From the NCBI GenBank assembly GCA_005388305.1, contig GCA_005388305.1_4327.1: a DNA stretch of 27,210 bases. One strand, 5' to 3'. This DNA is from Escherichia coli. Lineage in GTDB: Bacteria; Pseudomonadota; Gammaproteobacteria; Enterobacterales; Enterobacteriaceae. The position numbers and the translations under genes were made by a program. The notes under the pieces are model-generated. The model was not told where the DNA came from. It was given only the letters and a program-made list of their open reading frames with translations, and did no database searches. Shown here piece after piece: positions 23,642 to 27,210 of the stretch; position 1 is the first letter of the stretch; each line of letters begins with the position of its first letter.

Positions 23642-24190
23642 ATGAAGCTGAAACTCAAGCAGCCATCGCCAGAGGTGGTGCAAGCTGCACATGAAGAAGC
23701 TGTTAGCGCAAACCGCCGCCGCCGTAAACGACCGCGCGGTAAACAGAGCCTTTATCAATCGTCCCGTAATTCCGCAGCGTTGTGGGACCCGGACTATTGC
23801 GACGCGTTAATCGAGTTCTTCGACCGCACGTCGTGGGAACTCGTGCCTACGTCTAAGGGTGACGAACGCCCACTGATTCAGGATAAACCTCCGTCACTGG
23901 CCCGCTTCGCCCGGCACATAGGCGTCACTATCCCGATTATTAAGCTGTGGCTGCGCGAGATTCCCGCATTTGCAGAAGCATACGAGACAGCACAGGCACT
24001 GGAAGAGGCGTACTTCACTGAGACAGGGGCCGCTGGCATCTCTGCTACGTTTGCTGCCGCTAAGCTGGGCCTTAGCAAAGAGAAACCAGTTGAATCGACC
24101 GAAGAAACAGCACCTACCGAGATTATTTTCAGTGTTGCAGAGCCTGTAGGTAAAATCGTAACAACGAACATGGGCGAGGTAGAGGAATGA
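23642..24190 (+). CDS. terminase small subunit, ~182 aa
   Basis: Directly upstream of and ATGA-coupled to the large terminase subunit; basic N-terminal patch (RRRRKRPRGK) and HTH-like segment (SLARFARHIGVTIPIIKLWLRE). Start ATG 23642 with AAGGGGA RBS (the ORF track uses ATG 23627). Confidence 0.55.
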   Translation: MKLKLKQPSPEVVQAAHEEAVSANRRRRKRPRGKQSLYQSSRNSAALWDPDYCDALIEFFDRTSWELVPTSKGDERPLIQDKPPSLARFARHIGVTIPIIKLWLREIPAFAEAYETAQALEEAYFTETGAAGISATFAAAKLGLSKEKPVESTEETAPTEIIFSVAEPVGKIVTTNMGEVEE

Positions 24191-25437
24191 GTATTCAGCT
24201 ATCGGCCCCTCAGGCATTGTTTCTGAATTGCGATAACAAATACAAAGCCTATGTCGGCGGTTTCGGCAGCGGCAAGACATTTGTCGGCTGCCTTGACCTG
24301 CTTACGTTTATGCTCAAGCATCCAGGTACGCGCCTGGGTTACTTCGGCCCGACATACCCGGCTATCCGTGACATCTTCTACCCGACATTTGAGGAAGCCG
24401 CTAACCTGCTCGGCCTCGATGTGCTGGTTAAATCTGGCGACAAAGAAGTCGTGGTTACTCGCGGTAAGACGGTGCTCGGTACAGTTATCTGCCGTTCTAT
24501 GGATAACCCTGGTTCGATTGTGGGCTTCAAAATCGCCGCAGCGTGCGTGGATGAGCTCGATGTATTGAGCCGCGAGAAAGCTGAGCTGGCGTGGAACAAA
24601 ATTGTAGCCCGTATGCGACTTGTAATCCCCGGCGTAACTAACCACATCTCTGTCACCACGACGCCAGAAGGGTTCAAGTTCGTCTACGCCAAGTTCAAAG
24701 AGAACCCGACGCCGAGTTACTCGATGGTGCAGGCATCCACACACGAGAATGCGCGGTTCCTGCCGCCGGATTACATCAGCTCGCTGACCGAGACTTATCC
24801 GGCGCAGTTGATTAACGCGTATCTGAATGGTGAGTTCGTCAACCTTACCTCCGGCAGCGTGTATTACGCATATGACCGCCGTAAGCACCGCAGCAAAGAG
24901 GTAATTCAACCGGGCGACACGTTGTACATCGGGCAGGACTTCAACGTTACGAAGAACGCAAGCGCCGTGTATGTGCAACGTAAAGACGGCTGGCACGCGG
25001 TGGCAGAACTGAAAGGTCTGTTTGATACGCCGGACACCGTGCGTGTAATTACTGAGAAGTGGAAGTCGCAGGGCCACCGCATAGTCGTTTACCCGGACGC
25101 CAGCGGCAAGAACCGCAAGACCAACTCGGCGTCAATCTCAGATATTGCGTTACTCCAGCAGGCCGGTTTCGATGTTCGCGCTAAATCCGCCAACCCTCCG
25201 GTTAAAGACCGTGTTTTAGCCGTGAATACCGCACTAGAAAAAGGTAAGCTGTGGGTTAATGACCACTTATGCCCCGAGATAGCGAAGACGCTGGAGCAGC
25301 AGGCATACGATGATAACGGAGAGCCAGCTAAAGATGGCATCATTGACCATATGGCGGATGCTCTCGGCTATCCTGTAGTTTACGAGATGCCGGTGGTTAA
25401 ACCAGTAATCAACATCCCGGTGACTTTCGCACTTTAA
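24187..25437 (+). CDS. terminase large subunit (ATPase plus nuclease), 416 aa
   Basis: Walker A YVGGFGSGKT, Walker B-like AAACVDELD, C-terminal acidic nuclease-type residues (LYIGQDFN, IIDHMADALG). Confidence 0.85.
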   Translation: MSIQLSAPQALFLNCDNKYKAYVGGFGSGKTFVGCLDLLTFMLKHPGTRLGYFGPTYPAIRDIFYPTFEEAANLLGLDVLVKSGDKEVVVTRGKTVLGTVICRSMDNPGSIVGFKIAAACVDELDVLSREKAELAWNKIVARMRLVIPGVTNHISVTTTPEGFKFVYAKFKENPTPSYSMVQASTHENARFLPPDYISSLTETYPAQLINAYLNGEFVNLTSGSVYYAYDRRKHRSKEVIQPGDTLYIGQDFNVTKNASAVYVQRKDGWHAVAELKGLFDTPDTVRVITEKWKSQGHRIVVYPDASGKNRKTNSASISDIALLQQAGFDVRAKSANPPVKDRVLAVNTALEKGKLWVNDHLCPEIAKTLEQQAYDDNGEPAKDGIIDHMADALGYPVVYEMPVVKPVINIPVTFAL

Positions 25438-25448
25438 GAGGACAACAA

Positions 25449-26933
25449 ATGGTTTCCGCAAACATTAACGCAGGGCAAGGGCAGAACGTTAAAACCCGCC
25501 ACCGCCAGTACGAAGAGTATTTCCCTAAGTGGCAGAAGGTGCGACATGCGCTTTCTGGCGACCTGACATCGTATCTACGTGACGTCAGTAGGAACGAGCC
25601 GGACCCGGTTTACGGTCGCCAGCGTCAGGCTGAATACGAAGCGGGGGCAATTTGCTACAACTTCACCAAGCGAACGCTTTCAGGCATGGTCGGCAGCGTA
25701 ATGCGCAAAGACCCCGAGATGATTATTCCGTCTCAGATGGAATACCTGACCACTAACTGTGACGGGTCGGGCGTTGGCCTGTGGCAGCACGCACAGGATA
25801 CTCTGTATGAGATTGATGCTGTTGGTCGCGGTGGCTTGCTGGTTGACGCCCCCGCGGTAGAAGTAGCTACCATGGCAGAGCAAAACGAGGGTTTACTAAA
25901 CCCAACAATCGCTTTCTACACCGCAGAGAATATCATCAACTGGCGTCTCCAGCGCGTCGGGTCTGTTAATCGTGTGGTTATGGTTGTATTGCGTGAGGAA
26001 TACGAGTACACCGATGGCGCGGATGAGTTCAGCCCCAACTACGGCGAGCAATACCGCGTCCTTGATATTTTCGAAGGCCAGTATCGCCAGCGTCTGTACC
26101 GCTTTAACCAGAAAGGTGCACTGATGGAAGGTGGCTATATCGAAATATTCCCGAAACTCGGTAATATTCCGGTCGGGGTGATTCCGTTCACATTCATTGG
26201 TGCAGGGAATAACGACTCAACCCCTGACGATGCACCTTTGCTGCCGTTGGCTGAACTTAATATCGGGCATTTCCGTAACAGCGCGGACAATGAGGAGTCC
26301 AGCTTCGTTGTGGGCCAGCCAACCTTGTTCATTGCGCCGGGTGAGAACATGAGCATGGCTCAGTGGAAAGAAGCTAACCCTCACGGAGTGCGCATGGGGT
26401 CGCGTTCAGGCCATAACATCGGTTACGGCGGCAATGCGTTTCTGGTCCAGGCCGGTGAGAACAACCTAGCCAAGCAGAACATGTTGGATAAAGAGAACCA
26501 GGCAATCCAGATTGGTGCACAGCTTATTACCCCGACGCAGCAAATCACCGCGGAATCGGCACGCCTGCAACGCGGCGCTGATACGTCCGTTATGGCAACA
26601 ATCGCACGTAACGTAAGCATGGCGTATACCGATGCGTTGCGCTGGGTCGCGGGTATGCTTGGGATTAGCGACAGCACTGAAATTGAGTTCAAACTGAACA
26701 TGGAGTTCTTCCTGCAACCAATGACCGCCCAGGACCGCGCTCAGTGGATGGCGGACATTAACGCGGGCCTGTTACCGGCTACCGCTTACTATGCTGCGTT
26801 GCGTAAGGCGGGGGTAACTGACTGGACAGACGAGGACATTCAGAACGCTATCGAGGATGCGCCGCTGCCGTTAGATGCTGCCGCTCCGGTAGCAGGAGAG
26901 ATTCCGCAGTCGGCGCGGCAACAACAGGAGTAA
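25449..26933 (+). CDS. portal protein (putative), 494 aa
   Basis: Size and position immediately downstream of the large terminase subunit; AAGAGGA RBS identical to the tailspike's; no motif-level confirmation. Confidence 0.6.
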   Translation: MVSANINAGQGQNVKTRHRQYEEYFPKWQKVRHALSGDLTSYLRDVSRNEPDPVYGRQRQAEYEAGAICYNFTKRTLSGMVGSVMRKDPEMIIPSQMEYLTTNCDGSGVGLWQHAQDTLYEIDAVGRGGLLVDAPAVEVATMAEQNEGLLNPTIAFYTAENIINWRLQRVGSVNRVVMVVLREEYEYTDGADEFSPNYGEQYRVLDIFEGQYRQRLYRFNQKGALMEGGYIEIFPKLGNIPVGVIPFTFIGAGNNDSTPDDAPLLPLAELNIGHFRNSADNEESSFVVGQPTLFIAPGENMSMAQWKEANPHGVRMGSRSGHNIGYGGNAFLVQAGENNLAKQNMLDKENQAIQIGAQLITPTQQITAESARLQRGADTSVMATIARNVSMAYTDALRWVAGMLGISDSTEIEFKLNMEFFLQPMTAQDRAQWMADINAGLLPATAYYAALRKAGVTDWTDEDIQNAIEDAPLPLDAAAPVAGEIPQSARQQQE

Positions 26934-26947
26934 GTAAAAAAAAAACT

Positions 26948-26975
26948 AAGGCCCCATAACAGGGCCTTAGTTTTT
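26948..26975. terminator. bidirectional rho-independent terminator between the portal gene and the convergent small gene
   Basis: AAGGCCC-CATAACA-GGGCCTT hairpin with an A-run upstream and TTTTT downstream. Confidence 0.6.
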
Positions 26976-27165
26976 AGTTAAGGTACGCTGCTCGCCCCGC
27001 CATATACCCCGCGAGATACATTTTAAACCATTCGTTGCATTCACCGTTCTCATAGTACGCACCAATTTTCCACATTTCTTTTGTTTCACGATCAAAGCGG
27101 AAGCGCCCCTTGCAGTTCTTCTCAAATAATTCCATGATTTCATACCATTCTTTAGAATATAACAT
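26974..27165 (-). CDS. hypothetical protein, 63 aa, AT-rich leftward gene (moron-like)
   Basis: ORF on the strand opposite the packaging genes; GGAGA RBS; copy of the conserved promoter element upstream; terminator downstream; visibly more AT-rich than its neighbours. Confidence 0.5.
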   Translation of the reverse strand: MLYSKEWYEIMELFEKNCKGRFRFDRETKEMWKIGAYYENGECNEWFKMYLAGYMAGRAAYLN

Positions 27166-27181
27166 TTTTGTATCTCCTCGT

Positions 27182-27210
27182 TTCGATAACTGAATAGTAC
27201 ACTATTATAT
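27182..27210 (-). promoter_or_regulatory. copy of the conserved promoter element on the - strand (partial, cut by the window end)
   Basis: Reverse complement reads ATATAATAGTGTACTATTCAGTTATCGAAA, near-identical to the copy at 17864-17893; -10 TACTAT would be 27200-27195; the -35 lies beyond the window. Confidence 0.35.

Noticed and set aside
24199-25077. 292-aa antisense ORF inside the large terminase gene
   Set aside because: The + strand frame carries Walker A/B terminase motifs; the antisense frame is Arg/Val-rich, typical of a reverse-complement artefact of a GC-balanced coding region.
8332-27210. Possibility that the repeated 30-bp element is a CRISPR array or a transposon terminal repeat
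   Set aside because: Copies are kilobases apart with irregular spacing, occur in both orientations at gene starts, and are not flanked by transposase genes or target-site duplications.

Overview
This 27.2 kb window reads as one contiguous piece of a tailed dsDNA bacteriophage genome, with no cellular housekeeping genes, rRNA, tRNA, CRISPR array or integrase visible. Layout: (i) the end of a tail module on the + strand (1-5608), finishing with an 851-aa tail protein and a 984-aa tailspike that carries two sialidase-type Asp-boxes and a C-terminal intramolecular-chaperone domain; (ii) a leftward DNA-metabolism operon on the - strand (5638-17429): AlpA-like HTH regulator, primase-helicase, acidic protein, Cas4-like DUF2800 nuclease, SSB-like protein, family A DNA polymerase (interrupted by a 51-nt N run), VRR-NUC nuclease, C5-cytosine methyltransferase and SNF2-type helicase, with a lone rightward XRE-family regulator embedded in it; (iii) a ~450 bp structured non-coding control region (17430-17913); (iv) a rightward block of about 13 tightly packed small genes (17914-20630); (v) a lysis cassette (holin, second membrane protein, GH24-like endolysin, strong terminator); (vi) a second block of 9 tiny overlapping genes; (vii) terminase small and large subunits and portal; (viii) an AT-rich leftward small gene at the right edge. 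The most striking signal is a ~30 bp conserved element (core ACTATAATAG-N3-ACTATTCA) in at least eight intergenic or gene-boundary positions, each overlapping a sigma70-like promoter, which suggests a phage-wide promoter/operator regulon. The architecture resembles virulent Jersey-like (Guernseyvirinae-type) siphophages of K1-encapsulated E. coli, but that is inference from gene content and memory; no database search was possible. All product calls rest on motifs read from the supplied translations plus gene order.
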